Source: Candidatus Hodarchaeota archaeon (GTDB lineage: Archaea > Asgardarchaeota > Heimdallarchaeia > Hodarchaeales > Hodarchaeaceae). From it: a DNA stretch of 36,878 nucleotides. Shown here piece by piece: positions 18,662 through 28,463 of the stretch. Below the pieces are notes generated by a model that was not told the DNA's origin, did no database searches, and saw only the letters and a program-made list of their open reading frames with translations. Both the position numbers and the translations under genes were made by a program. Position 1 is the stretch's first letter, and every line of letters starts with the position of its first letter. The stretch covers positions 1 through 36,878 of the forward strand of contig JAHQWW010000026.1 of assembly GCA_029856365.1 (NCBI GenBank), written 5' to 3'.

Positions 18662-19819
18662 ATGGGTTCTTTGGAAAGAAAGATAGAAATATTAGGGGAT
18701 GCCAGCAAGTTTGATGTGTGCGCCTCAATGGCTTCACCAAGAGATGTTTCTGGAACCAGAAGAGTAGGTAACCCTGATAAAATCGGTATCTGCCATGCTT
18801 TTGCCCCAGATGGCCGATGTATTAGCCTTTTTAAAGTATTAATGACTAACCATTGTATCTATGATTGTAAATATTGTGTAAATAATAGTGGTAATGCCAA
18901 GACTAAGGTTATGTTTGAACCTGTTGAATTAGCTCGGGCTTTTATGGGCCTCTATGTTAGAAACTATGTTGAAGGCCTCTTTTTATCTTCTGGAGTGTGG
19001 AGAAGCGCGACTGATACTGTTGAAAGAATGATTGAAGCACTGATGTTATTACGTAACAAATATAATTTCCAGGGATATATGCATATTAAGGTACTACCTG
19101 GGACAAATAAAGAACATATTAAGCAATTGATGGAGCTAGCTGATCGTGTGAGTCTCAATGTGGAGTTACCGAGTGCTTCCCGTCTTTCAGAAGTTTCCAG
19201 TACGAAAAATTACGAGACAGATATCATTAAATGCCAAAAATTCATTCACAATTTTATCAAAGAGGGATTAGTTCCAGCAGGTCAAACAACACAGTTTGTC
19301 ATTGGCACAACGGGAGAATCTGATTATGAAATTGTAGAAAGACTTCATTGGGAATATACCAATTTTGATTTGAAACGTGGGTATTTTTCAGCATTTACAC
19401 CAATCAAAGGAACACCATTGGAAAACACAAAAGTCTCAGAAAAGCGTTCAAGAAAAAGAGAAAATTTCCTCTACAGAGTAGATTGGTTGTATCGACGATA
19501 CAACTATAAAATTGACGGTATATTCTCTATCATGGATGATAATGGGATGATTCCTTCAAATATTGATCCTAAAGTCTCTCTTGCACTGAAAGATGATATT
19601 TTCCCTTTAGATGTGAATGAGACCTCGTATAATGAGTTATTACGAGTACCTGGTATTGGAGAAACTTCTGCAAGAAGAATTATCAATTTGAGAAAAGTAA
19701 ACAAGAAAATTCAACACTATAATGATCTCCAGAGATTAGGAGTAGTGATCAAAAGAGCTAAATCATTTCTAATTGTCAATGGTCGTAGACAATCGAGAAT
19801 AAAGGAATTTTTTGGGTAA
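18662..19819 (+). CDS. Putative DNA modification/repair radical SAM protein (TIGR03916-like) with HhH and C-terminal PIP box
   Basis: KIEILGDASKFDVCAS, GICHAFAPDGRCISLFKVLMTNHCIYDCKYC (CxxxCxxC), GLFLSSG, PAGQTTQF, HhH LLRVPGIGETSA, terminal QSRIKEFF. Start ATG 18662 after GGTGAGG. Confidence 0.92.
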   Translation: MGSLERKIEILGDASKFDVCASMASPRDVSGTRRVGNPDKIGICHAFAPDGRCISLFKVLMTNHCIYDCKYCVNNSGNAKTKVMFEPVELARAFMGLYVRNYVEGLFLSSGVWRSATDTVERMIEALMLLRNKYNFQGYMHIKVLPGTNKEHIKQLMELADRVSLNVELPSASRLSEVSSTKNYETDIIKCQKFIHNFIKEGLVPAGQTTQFVIGTTGESDYEIVERLHWEYTNFDLKRGYFSAFTPIKGTPLENTKVSEKRSRKRENFLYRVDWLYRRYNYKIDGIFSIMDDNGMIPSNIDPKVSLALKDDIFPLDVNETSYNELLRVPGIGETSARRIINLRKVNKKIQHYNDLQRLGVVIKRAKSFLIVNGRRQSRIKEFFG

Positions 19820-19838
19820 GTAATCCAAGTGAAATTAG

Positions 19839-20447
19839 ATGTTTCGAAAAATTGAGAAGAAGCAGGTTCTTGAATCTTTGTCAAGACATAAAGACGTCAC
19901 AATAGACTTTCTGAACCAAATAAAACGTATTCCAAAAGAAATACTTGAAAATAAAGGAAACGATTTGGCTGAAAAAGCTATTACAATGAGTCAAGAAGTT
20001 GATAGTGACCTTCATGCACATAAAGCTTTTTTACGCTTATCTGTCTCCCCACACGGTATACTATTTGCAAAATCAGATAAAATGAAACATTATAATGAAG
20101 AAGTATTGCTTAAATTCTTCCAGAAGCGATTCCCTCGTCTCATTATTTTATTTGAATCAAATAGAGGTGTTTTCACCATTAATCAAGATTCAACTCTTGT
20201 AGTTCCTAATATACCTTTAGAAGAAGTATTGAAGGAGTTAGAAGAACAACTTCCACTTAATCCACTGCTAACTGATTTGAATGAAAAAAACTATCACAAA
20301 TTATGGGAATGCTTTGCGCAATCCCAGATAATCCAAGGGAGAAGGACTTCAAAACAAGCAGTAAGTTTATCGAAAAAATGGAGAAGAGCTGTTGCTGAAG
20401 ATAGGTCACCAAAGAAATTAGATGAATTCTTTGAGACCCCCTCCTGA
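19839..20447 (+). CDS. DUF4130 (TIGR03915-like) partner protein, divergent
   Basis: HAHKAFLRL, FFQKRFP and LWECFAQSQIIQGR motifs. Begins 19 nt after the radical SAM gene, the usual partner position. Terminal PKKLDEFF. Confidence 0.78.
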   Translation: MFRKIEKKQVLESLSRHKDVTIDFLNQIKRIPKEILENKGNDLAEKAITMSQEVDSDLHAHKAFLRLSVSPHGILFAKSDKMKHYNEEVLLKFFQKRFPRLIILFESNRGVFTINQDSTLVVPNIPLEEVLKELEEQLPLNPLLTDLNEKNYHKLWECFAQSQIIQGRRTSKQAVSLSKKWRRAVAEDRSPKKLDEFFETPS

Positions 20448-20584
20448 GTGTCCAAATAATCGTTAAAAGCAATAAGCAATGTAAATTATACTTTTAATCC
20501 AGACAGAAGCATTAAAATCTGAGTGATCATGTGCTATTATTATAATTCTTTTTCCCACACGCGTCTATGACAAACAAAATTTAA

Positions 20585-21280
20585 GTGGAGAATAAAATCA
20601 TGAGCCGAAAACTTAGCCCAGAAATTACGTGTACTTGGGATAAAACAGCTGAATGCATGAATTGCACGATAAAGGGGGAACTGGATTGTAAATGGAGTCG
20701 TTCATTGCTTTTACGTTTTTATAAGGGGGGGTCATTAGCAATGATATCAGGAGGATTGGGTCTAATCCTAGTTGGATTGTTTGTTAGCTGGTTACCAATA
20801 ATAATCTACGGTGCCTTCTGGATTTTCTTCTTTGGATTCTTTGAAATTCGTGTTCTTTGTAGTCATTGTCCATATTATGCAGAAGAAGGAAGGATTCTAC
20901 ACTGTTTGGCGAATCATGGAACAATAAAATTATGGAACTATCATCCTGAACCTATGAATATATTTGAGAAACTAGGATTTCTTGGTGGGGCATTATTTTT
21001 TGGTTCATTTCCAGTCGTAGCTGAGCTTTGGGGACTCTATCAGTTATGGAATGACATGCTGGAGATCACTTTGATCATTCTTATCCTATGTATCTTGACT
21101 GTTCTCAGTACAGTAGGAGGTGGTTATTTCTTCGTTTTCTTAAGTAAAAAAATATGTCCCACATGTGTTAACTTCTCGTGTCCCTTAAACTCTGTACCAA
21201 AAGAGCTTGTAGATGCCTATCTTAAGAAGAATCCAATTATACGTGAAGCATGGGAAAGAACCGGATATAAAATCGACTAA
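20585..21280 (+). CDS. Cysteine-rich 4-TM membrane protein, unknown function
   Basis: CTW...CMNC...C, LCSHCPYY...LHC, CPTCVNFSCPLN flanking TM hairpins. Confidence 0.8.
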   Translation: MENKIMSRKLSPEITCTWDKTAECMNCTIKGELDCKWSRSLLLRFYKGGSLAMISGGLGLILVGLFVSWLPIIIYGAFWIFFFGFFEIRVLCSHCPYYAEEGRILHCLANHGTIKLWNYHPEPMNIFEKLGFLGGALFFGSFPVVAELWGLYQLWNDMLEITLIILILCILTVLSTVGGGYFFVFLSKKICPTCVNFSCPLNSVPKELVDAYLKKNPIIREAWERTGYKID

Positions 21281-21301
21281 AAAACTCTAGGGGAAAATTA
21301 C

Positions 21302-22333
21302 TTGTCAACTAGGCACTTAGATAGTGTTGTATTATTCACATGGGAAGTGAATGACCGTCTTAAGACTTATTTAAAACAACAGCTTGACAATATCCCTAAA
21401 CTTGAGTTACTCTTTCCTGAAGAAGTATCGGAAGAAGCTCTTCTAAAATTAGCACCGAAAGCTGACATTATGGTTGGATGGAGGGTACCTGATCAGGTAA
21501 AGCTTGCTGCTACAAAAATGCAACTTTATATCAATCCTGGAGTAGGTATTAAACATCATATTGAATTCTTTCGAAAACTTAATCAGACTCGTGAGGTTCT
21601 GTTGATAAATGGGCATGGAAATAGTTATTTTACGGCACAACATGTTGTTGCAATGCTTCTAGCATTAATGAATAAGATAATCCCACATCACAACTGGATG
21701 AAATTGGGATTATGGAGGAAAAGAGATGCTAATGCTGCATCTCTTCCCTTAAGATACCGAAGAATCGGATTATTAGGTTATGGAGCGATTAATAAAAAGG
21801 TTCATCGGTTTCTACAGGGATTCGATGTCAAATTTTCCATTCTACGGCGTCATTGGCCTGAAAAAGAAGAGAAAATGCCAACACCTGCAAAGAAATATCT
21901 ACCTGATAAGCTACAAAGCTTTTTGGAGGAGGTGGACATTCTGATTGTCGCTGTTCCTGAAACCAATCATACTATTGGCATGATTAGACAGGATGAATTA
22001 AGGAGCTTAGGAGCTAAGGGATTAGTAGTAAACGTGAGTCGAGGTTCTGTTATCGATGAGACAAGTTTATTTCACGCATTACAAGAAAAAAAGATAGCAG
22101 GGGCAGCTATTGACGTGTGGTATAACTATACTCCTAACCCTGATACTCAAGGACGTAAATTTCCCTATAACCTTCCTTTTCATGCTCTAGAAAATGTTGT
22201 TCTATCTCCACATCGTGCTGCATCCCCCTTTGACGATCTAGAAAGATGGAATGAAGTAATTGAAAACATTTTACGATTCAATCGTGGTGAAAGAGCTTTT
22301 CTTAATGTTGTTGATTTAGAGAGAGAATACTAA
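21302..22333 (+). CDS. D-isomer-specific 2-hydroxyacid dehydrogenase family protein
   Basis: GLLGYGAIN Rossmann motif, VNVSRG, AAIDVWYNY, LSPH. Confidence 0.92.
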   Translation: MSTRHLDSVVLFTWEVNDRLKTYLKQQLDNIPKLELLFPEEVSEEALLKLAPKADIMVGWRVPDQVKLAATKMQLYINPGVGIKHHIEFFRKLNQTREVLLINGHGNSYFTAQHVVAMLLALMNKIIPHHNWMKLGLWRKRDANAASLPLRYRRIGLLGYGAINKKVHRFLQGFDVKFSILRRHWPEKEEKMPTPAKKYLPDKLQSFLEEVDILIVAVPETNHTIGMIRQDELRSLGAKGLVVNVSRGSVIDETSLFHALQEKKIAGAAIDVWYNYTPNPDTQGRKFPYNLPFHALENVVLSPHRAASPFDDLERWNEVIENILRFNRGERAFLNVVDLEREY

Positions 22334-22341
22334 TGTGTCCT

Positions 22342-25300
22342 TCATACTTGAGAATCTTTGTTATTTCTATAAAGTCTTGAAAAAGATTCGATTATTTTTG
22401 AAATCATTTCGCGAAGTTCAATTATTTTTAGGAAAATTGTCTTTTTATCTTCTGGTCTAGAGTCTAAGAGTTCATGGATTATCTTAATTCGTTCAAGGAT
22501 TATATCAGTGAATTGATCGACAATAGAAAAGTATGTAGGATAAATCAAGATACTCAAGGTTATATTTTCCTGTCTTCCACGAAACCGAGGACGATCTAAC
22601 GCAAAAGTAAATGCAAGAACTTTGATTATGGTTTTTTCATAGAGAGTGAAATTAAATACAGCTTGATTTATGCTGTTTAGATTAGCAACAAATTCACAAT
22701 TACTAAAAGAACGAAAAGCAATCTTATATAATACATTTGAATCCTTTTCTAATGATTTAGGAGTAATCATTATTGGTATTGGTCCCATACTTTCATCAAA
22801 AGTTGCTGTTACAATCCCGAGAGTATGTTTATTAAGAAGGGCTAATAGTTCAACATTACTAACTTGGTTGATGTTCTCCATCACCAAATTCCTATCAAGG
22901 CCAATTAATTCAGGTTTAAGGTCACTTCTCTTTATATAAATAAGAGAAACAACAACACTAGCAATAGTTAATGAAATAATAATTAAAAAGATGAGAAATA
23001 AAACAATGGAAGAAGGCATAACCCCCTCTGGAGTATAATAAAGTATTGGATTCCGTTCTGCTTGTTGGGGGTCAATCTGAAAAGCATTCTCATTTTTATT
23101 CCCATCTTTGTCAATTGTAGAAATGCGGTAAATCACATTCCAGCTTGTACCATTCAAAGAAAATGGAACAGTAACAGAATAAATAGCAGTATTCCCAGAT
23201 TTATTAAGAAATTCCATTCCCATTTGAAACCAGTGAACTTTTTTCTCTTGAAAGAAAGAGGAACCAATTCCTCCTCTATTCTCTCCATAATATACTTCTT
23301 CAAAATAATAATAAAGTGTTATTTCATCAATACCTGAGCCATATTCTTCAACTTCAGCATAAAAAATTAGACTAAATGGCTTTAACTTATCATTAAGAAC
23401 ATAAAAAGCGTTGTTAACACGCGGAGGAACAGTATCTTCAGCAATGAAGATAAGTGTAAATGATTTTGTAATGGTTTCTTTTTGTGAATAATTCAATAAC
23501 TCAGTAACTACTTTAATTTGGACAGTAATTTCTGCATTCAGATAAGTATAATCAGTTAGGTGAAAATCAAATACCCAGATATCTTCTGTACCATCTTTAG
23601 GAGAAGTCACAACGCCCTTTATTTGTGGATTACTTTTGTTGGAGATAATCACATATTGAATATATTTGATCTCGTTTCGTGGATCGGTTGTATTGATCTC
23701 CAGAGAATAATGGCCTTCCGTATCATTTTCTGGGATAATATTATGCTTATTAATCCTTGGTCTACTCTCTATGACCATGATTGAGGAAGTTTGATCCATC
23801 CCTTGATCTAATCCATCATATGGTTTAATGAGATAATACCAGCTTTCACCTGGTTGAGTAATATTTGCAGAGATTTGTGTTTGATTGGTATATTCAGGTT
23901 GTAAATCTCCATCTTTAAACCACCAAATGACTGATTGATCACGATCACCATCATTATCAATAAACCGATAATAACTTCTTTCAAGGATTATATCTTGATC
24001 TTCAATAATAAATTCAGGATGTTGATCTTTAAGGATGGTTATCATTGGAGGAGAATTAAGTACTACCACTGGACCAATTAATTCTGAAGAATTTATCATC
24101 TTACCAAATAGAACTCCATCTTTTGGTCTAATTGTTACATACCATAGATCATTTTTTACAAGAGCTGAGGAAGGGATCATTGTTTCATTATTATAATCAT
24201 TTTGGAGAACAAATCCCGTTCCATTATTCCTATACCACTTGATTTCGGTTCCTGATTCTGGATGGCCGTCTTCATCATAATAATCGTAAAAAAGCTCAAT
24301 TATTGAGCAACTAAATAATTTTAGGGGATTAATAATGATATTCTTTACAAAGGGAGCATGATTTATTGACACATAACCTGAATGTAAAGGAGATCGATAT
24401 TCATTGCCACTTGTATCATTAATAAATATCTGAAATTCCATGGGACCATTAGGGATCTCGAGAGTATCATTCTTATAAATAAAAATTTTGTTTCTAACAA
24501 TTGCAATGGGAACCATTGTGGCAACTAAGTTATAGGATGTAACATTCACGATAACTGTGTCTATTTCTCCCCAAGGATCTGTCACATTTGCTTTGAAAGT
24601 GTGGATATCAAGATAATATTCCCATTGAAGAACATCAGGAGGTAGAGTATCTTTATTAAATATGTTATACTTCATATTACTCTTCGATACTATCCAATTT
24701 CCATGTGCATCTGAAGCATTTACTACTTGATACTCACAATAATCACCAAAGTTTACCCAGGGACATTGATAGATCCACAATCCACTTGTATTTTCCTCCA
24801 TATCATATACAGAACCATTGATTTCAATCAATACTTTTGTAATTGGAGTTAAGTCATCTGTGACATTTGCATAGAATATGGGTTTCCCGTCACCTTTGTC
24901 CTCAACTCCTAAATCATTAATTTGGGGTGGATTTTTGTCCATTTCTTGAGGTCCGATCGAATAGAAGCTATTAGGATCATATTGATTATAAAACTCGGTT
25001 TCAATCCATGCAGCAGAACGTGCAACACTTGAGACACGGACTTCATCAATAGTACCATTAAAATAATTCCCCCTAACCATACCAAACTTCAGAGTCACTT
25101 TATTACCGATATTAAGATTAATAGAACGACTAATTTGAACTTCAGCACTTTTAGTTGCAATGCTTTTGCTATAAATTTTAATTATTGGGTCTTCATAAGT
25201 TATAACAAAGTAAACCCATTGATTGAGAGATGTAATCGCAAAATCGCTACTAAAACCTCCCCAATCTGTACTCCAGCTGTTGGGTAATGAACCAGTTTGA

Positions 25301-26193
25301 AGTGCCAGATATTTCATAGACGCGTGTTGCCCGAACTCAAAGATCCCTCCTTCATCGAAATCCTTGGTGTTAATCCACATACTAATCGTTTTTGGTCTTC
25401 TCCCATCCAATCCTAGTTCAAAGGGATATTTATAAGTATCAATATAGTCATCTATAGCGTCGAATTCATCAGCACCATCTATTTGGCCAATTGTTGCTTC
25501 ATCATTATCATAATCCTGGGGGCTACCATCTATATGATTTCTGGTTGAATCGTAACGTATTCCTGAAGTTTCTGAGAAATGCCAGACACTTACAAAATTT
25601 TCATCCCAGACATCTTCAGGAGTTTCTTGGTTCTCAATGTAAGGATTTCCATAATACATTGAAATGATAGTCTTGTGAGTGCTTGAAAGATTCATTTTAA
25701 CCCACGTGATTAAGTGAGAGTGGGTTGAATTATAGTCACGATTAAAATATTCGATTTCATAGTCTAGTTTATTGCCTAAAAAATCTGTGAAAATTATGTC
25801 ATTCCCATTTGCTTGAGCTACATTCTTTAAATCGGTATCATACAAATCTATCAAGACAGGAAAGGATGTTAAATTTTCGTATCCCTTTGAAGTGTGAACA
25901 GTAATTGATTTCCGAAATTGAAACCTTACGTCAGTCCACATAGAACCTGTTTCTGTCTTTTTATAACTAATAGAAGACTTCTCATTAGTATTTAGAAAGA
26001 GTGATCTTATATTATCTAAAGCCTCGTGATTTACTCTCTTTCCCAATCTTGTTTGACTCAATCTCCCTAACGTATTTATTTTCATATCTGATATGAATAT
26101 TTCTTCAAAATCCAATAATTCCGATGTGATTACAATATTAATAGATAAAGTTGTCAAGAAGAGAATTGTTATTATTCTCAGGGACTTTTTCAC
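22342..26193 (-). CDS. Large receptor-like membrane protein: signal/TM, DUF2341, LamG, Ig-like repeats, TM, cytoplasmic uDENN/longin-like domain
   Basis: N-terminal MKKSLR plus hydrophobic stretch. FPVLIDL..DIIFTD..LDYEIE..WVK..MYYGNP (DUF2341). FNGTIDEVRVS (LamG). DxxPP-linked beta modules. TM SIVLFLIFLIIISLTIASVVVSLIYI. Tail with FDESMGPIP and DRPRFRG. Confidence 0.85.
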   Translation of the reverse strand: MKKSLRIITILFLTTLSINIVITSELLDFEEIFISDMKINTLGRLSQTRLGKRVNHEALDNIRSLFLNTNEKSSISYKKTETGSMWTDVRFQFRKSITVHTSKGYENLTSFPVLIDLYDTDLKNVAQANGNDIIFTDFLGNKLDYEIEYFNRDYNSTHSHLITWVKMNLSSTHKTIISMYYGNPYIENQETPEDVWDENFVSVWHFSETSGIRYDSTRNHIDGSPQDYDNDEATIGQIDGADEFDAIDDYIDTYKYPFELGLDGRRPKTISMWINTKDFDEGGIFEFGQHASMKYLALQTGSLPNSWSTDWGGFSSDFAITSLNQWVYFVITYEDPIIKIYSKSIATKSAEVQISRSINLNIGNKVTLKFGMVRGNYFNGTIDEVRVSSVARSAAWIETEFYNQYDPNSFYSIGPQEMDKNPPQINDLGVEDKGDGKPIFYANVTDDLTPITKVLIEINGSVYDMEENTSGLWIYQCPWVNFGDYCEYQVVNASDAHGNWIVSKSNMKYNIFNKDTLPPDVLQWEYYLDIHTFKANVTDPWGEIDTVIVNVTSYNLVATMVPIAIVRNKIFIYKNDTLEIPNGPMEFQIFINDTSGNEYRSPLHSGYVSINHAPFVKNIIINPLKLFSCSIIELFYDYYDEDGHPESGTEIKWYRNNGTGFVLQNDYNNETMIPSSALVKNDLWYVTIRPKDGVLFGKMINSSELIGPVVVLNSPPMITILKDQHPEFIIEDQDIILERSYYRFIDNDGDRDQSVIWWFKDGDLQPEYTNQTQISANITQPGESWYYLIKPYDGLDQGMDQTSSIMVIESRPRINKHNIIPENDTEGHYSLEINTTDPRNEIKYIQYVIISNKSNPQIKGVVTSPKDGTEDIWVFDFHLTDYTYLNAEITVQIKVVTELLNYSQKETITKSFTLIFIAEDTVPPRVNNAFYVLNDKLKPFSLIFYAEVEEYGSGIDEITLYYYFEEVYYGENRGGIGSSFFQEKKVHWFQMGMEFLNKSGNTAIYSVTVPFSLNGTSWNVIYRISTIDKDGNKNENAFQIDPQQAERNPILYYTPEGVMPSSIVLFLIFLIIISLTIASVVVSLIYIKRSDLKPELIGLDRNLVMENINQVSNVELLALLNKHTLGIVTATFDESMGPIPIMITPKSLEKDSNVLYKIAFRSFSNCEFVANLNSINQAVFNFTLYEKTIIKVLAFTFALDRPRFRGRQENITLSILIYPTYFSIVDQFTDIILERIKIIHELLDSRPEDKKTIFLKIIELREMISKIIESFSRLYRNNKDSQV

Positions 26194-26468
26194 TACAATA
26201 TTCCCCAGTTCATAAGATGCAATTCACACACAGGAATTTAGGCCTTTTACACACTCTAACTTGGTATAAATATCTTTTCAGGTATAAAAGGCATTCTAGG
26301 GAATTTGTCCGCATTTGGAAAAAAAATCGACTAAACATTAATTTATTGAGATTGATCGGTTTATTTCAAAGGGATCTCAAAATAAAATTTCGGTCATTTC
26401 TCATATTCGCTTTCAGTAATCATTCTCTGTTCTTCAGGGAGGAAAAAATCAATGATTTGTTTACCTAA

Positions 26469-26741
26469 TGTCTCGCTCTCATTGTAGTTCCATTAACCAC
26501 TATTGAAACAAAGATCACAATTAAAAAGCATGTAGAAGCGAATGACGAGATTATGACTTGGGAGTACTTCGAAAAAGCTTCAACTGTTGATCCTGAAGAG
26601 GGATAAACAAAAGAAATGGAATCAAAGTATGATATTTCATTAGACTATCCTCCTCCAGAATTTCTTACTTCTGGATTTGAAGTATTGACATTAATTTTCG
26701 CACAAGGACTATTCCTCTTGAGTAAAAGAAATAGAAAATAA
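26469..26741 (+). pseudogene. Remnant of a small exported protein with PGF-CTERM-like anchor
   Basis: Hand translation: CLALIVVPLTT...DPEEG*TKEMESKY...TSGFEVLTLIFAQGLFLLSKRNRK*. Internal TAA 26604-26606. No intact start. Confidence 0.55.
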
Positions 26742-26768
26742 GTTTTTCATGCTCCATTATCTTTTTCT

Positions 26769-28463
26769 TTATTCCTCTTCATACTCAGAAAGAATTTTTT
26801 TTGCCTCTTTCAAGTAGATACGAAATTCCTCAATTTTCATTAAATCCTCAATTGATTTGGAAGGAATATCACTTAATCGCTGGTAAATCATTTTGACAAC
26901 AAGATTTTCCAGTTGTGCTAATTCAATCCTTCGAGTTAATGATGTGTTCTTATCAATGTACTCTTCCCATTTTTTCAACTGAGAGAAAAAGGAATAATGT
27001 TCAAAGCTGATAGAATCTGCTAATGTTTTCAGGCCTTTTTCCTCTGTTATAGCTTGAGCCTTAAATAGTAACTTCTGTGCATGTTGAATATCAAATTTTA
27101 ATAGAGAAAGCTTTGATTGCAACCAATAAGATTGCGCTAGTAATGAGTGAGAATTTTGTTCGATAGCGATCTTAAGTAATCGAGAACAGTAATGATCCAG
27201 TTCATTAAGAATTGTTTCATTACCTGTAATTTTCAATTCATAAAGAAGTAATTCACATAAATTAATAATGGCTTCAACTGTGACCTTATAGGCAATCTGA
27301 GGCTCTTTAGCTATTTCTTGAAATAACCTTAGAGCTTCCATTTTATCTGGTAACCTTTCACTTGTTTTCAGGAGAAGTGCTTTACTTGTTCGGTATATTA
27401 AATTGTACCAAATATTATTATCTTCCTTTTTCAGCTTTTTTAATTCTTTTATGAAAGGAATTGCCTCAGTGGGAGAAAGATGATACGTATAAAGGCGAAT
27501 CAGATAGTATAAGCCATCAACTAAATAAAAAGAAGCCTTTTTTTCCTTAGCTATATTTAGGGCTTTTTTATAACATTCTAATGAGGTTTGAAACTCCCCT
27601 CGATCCTGTAATAATCTACCGAGGTCGTAAAGTCCCAGAATTATATTAACAGTAAAATCAATTGACTCAGCTAGTTTTAGAGACTTAGTAATAAAACTCT
27701 CTGCTGATTCTAACTCTCCTTGGAAATAATATATTTCACCTAAATGAAGTAAATTGTGAGAGATATCACACTTATTCTTAATACTCTCCGATAAAGCAAG
27801 AGCTCGCTTTGTATAATCTCTCGCAAGGTTAAATTCCCCTCTTAACAGATAGATATTCCCTATAGCACGATATGCCTGGGAAATAAGATATTTATTCCCA
27901 GTTTTTTCTCCAAGATCTAGACTCTCATTGAAAAATTTCAATGCAAAACTATGGTTTCCCTTATAGTAATAATAATTTCCCAATCCAAATAATGCCTCAC
28001 TCATACCCAGCTTATCGTCAACTTCTTCTCTAAGCGATAAACTTTCTTGAATTAATGGTAATTGTTTGTTTGATTCGACATTAGGATCGAATGAAGTTGC
28101 TTTCAAGAAAAGAAGAGTTGCTTTTTTGCACTTATACTCTTTTGACCCTTTATCCAATATCTGATTGAGAAAAATTTCCCCCTCATTAAGCAGTCTCTTG
28201 GTCTCATTTCTTGTTTCAGCCATTAAAGAAATCCTGAGTAAAATAAAGAGGGCATTCAATCCAAATATAACATTTTGAGATTTTTTACTTTGGTTAAATA
28301 GTTGAAGTGACATCTCCTTGGCTTTAGCTAATTCTCCAAGATTAAGATAACAAATACTCTTCAAATATAACACTTTCAATTGAGTGTTTCCATCTAATCT
28401 ATCTAGAGGTTCAACCATAATAAGATACCTTGATGCTTCATCATAATTCTCCTGATTGATCAA
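26769..28463 (-). CDS. Tetratricopeptide repeat protein
   Basis: About 40-aa repeats such as ALFGLGNYYYYKGN, AYRAIGNIYLLRGE, LLHLGEIYYFQGE, LYDLGRLLQDRGE. Frame open further upstream (CTG 28493). Confidence 0.9.
   Translation of the reverse strand: MINQENYDEASRYLIMVEPLDRLDGNTQLKVLYLKSICYLNLGELAKAKEMSLQLFNQSKKSQNVIFGLNALFILLRISLMAETRNETKRLLNEGEIFLNQILDKGSKEYKCKKATLLFLKATSFDPNVESNKQLPLIQESLSLREEVDDKLGMSEALFGLGNYYYYKGNHSFALKFFNESLDLGEKTGNKYLISQAYRAIGNIYLLRGEFNLARDYTKRALALSESIKNKCDISHNLLHLGEIYYFQGELESAESFITKSLKLAESIDFTVNIILGLYDLGRLLQDRGEFQTSLECYKKALNIAKEKKASFYLVDGLYYLIRLYTYHLSPTEAIPFIKELKKLKKEDNNIWYNLIYRTSKALLLKTSERLPDKMEALRLFQEIAKEPQIAYKVTVEAIINLCELLLYELKITGNETILNELDHYCSRLLKIAIEQNSHSLLAQSYWLQSKLSLLKFDIQHAQKLLFKAQAITEEKGLKTLADSISFEHYSFFSQLKKWEEYIDKNTSLTRRIELAQLENLVVKMIYQRLSDIPSKSIEDLMKIEEFRIYLKEAKKILSEYEEE

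Noticed and set aside
26151-26468. 105-aa plus-strand ORF
   Set aside because: Overlaps the start and promoter of the large minus-strand gene, has no RBS or recognisable motif, and its composition looks non-coding.
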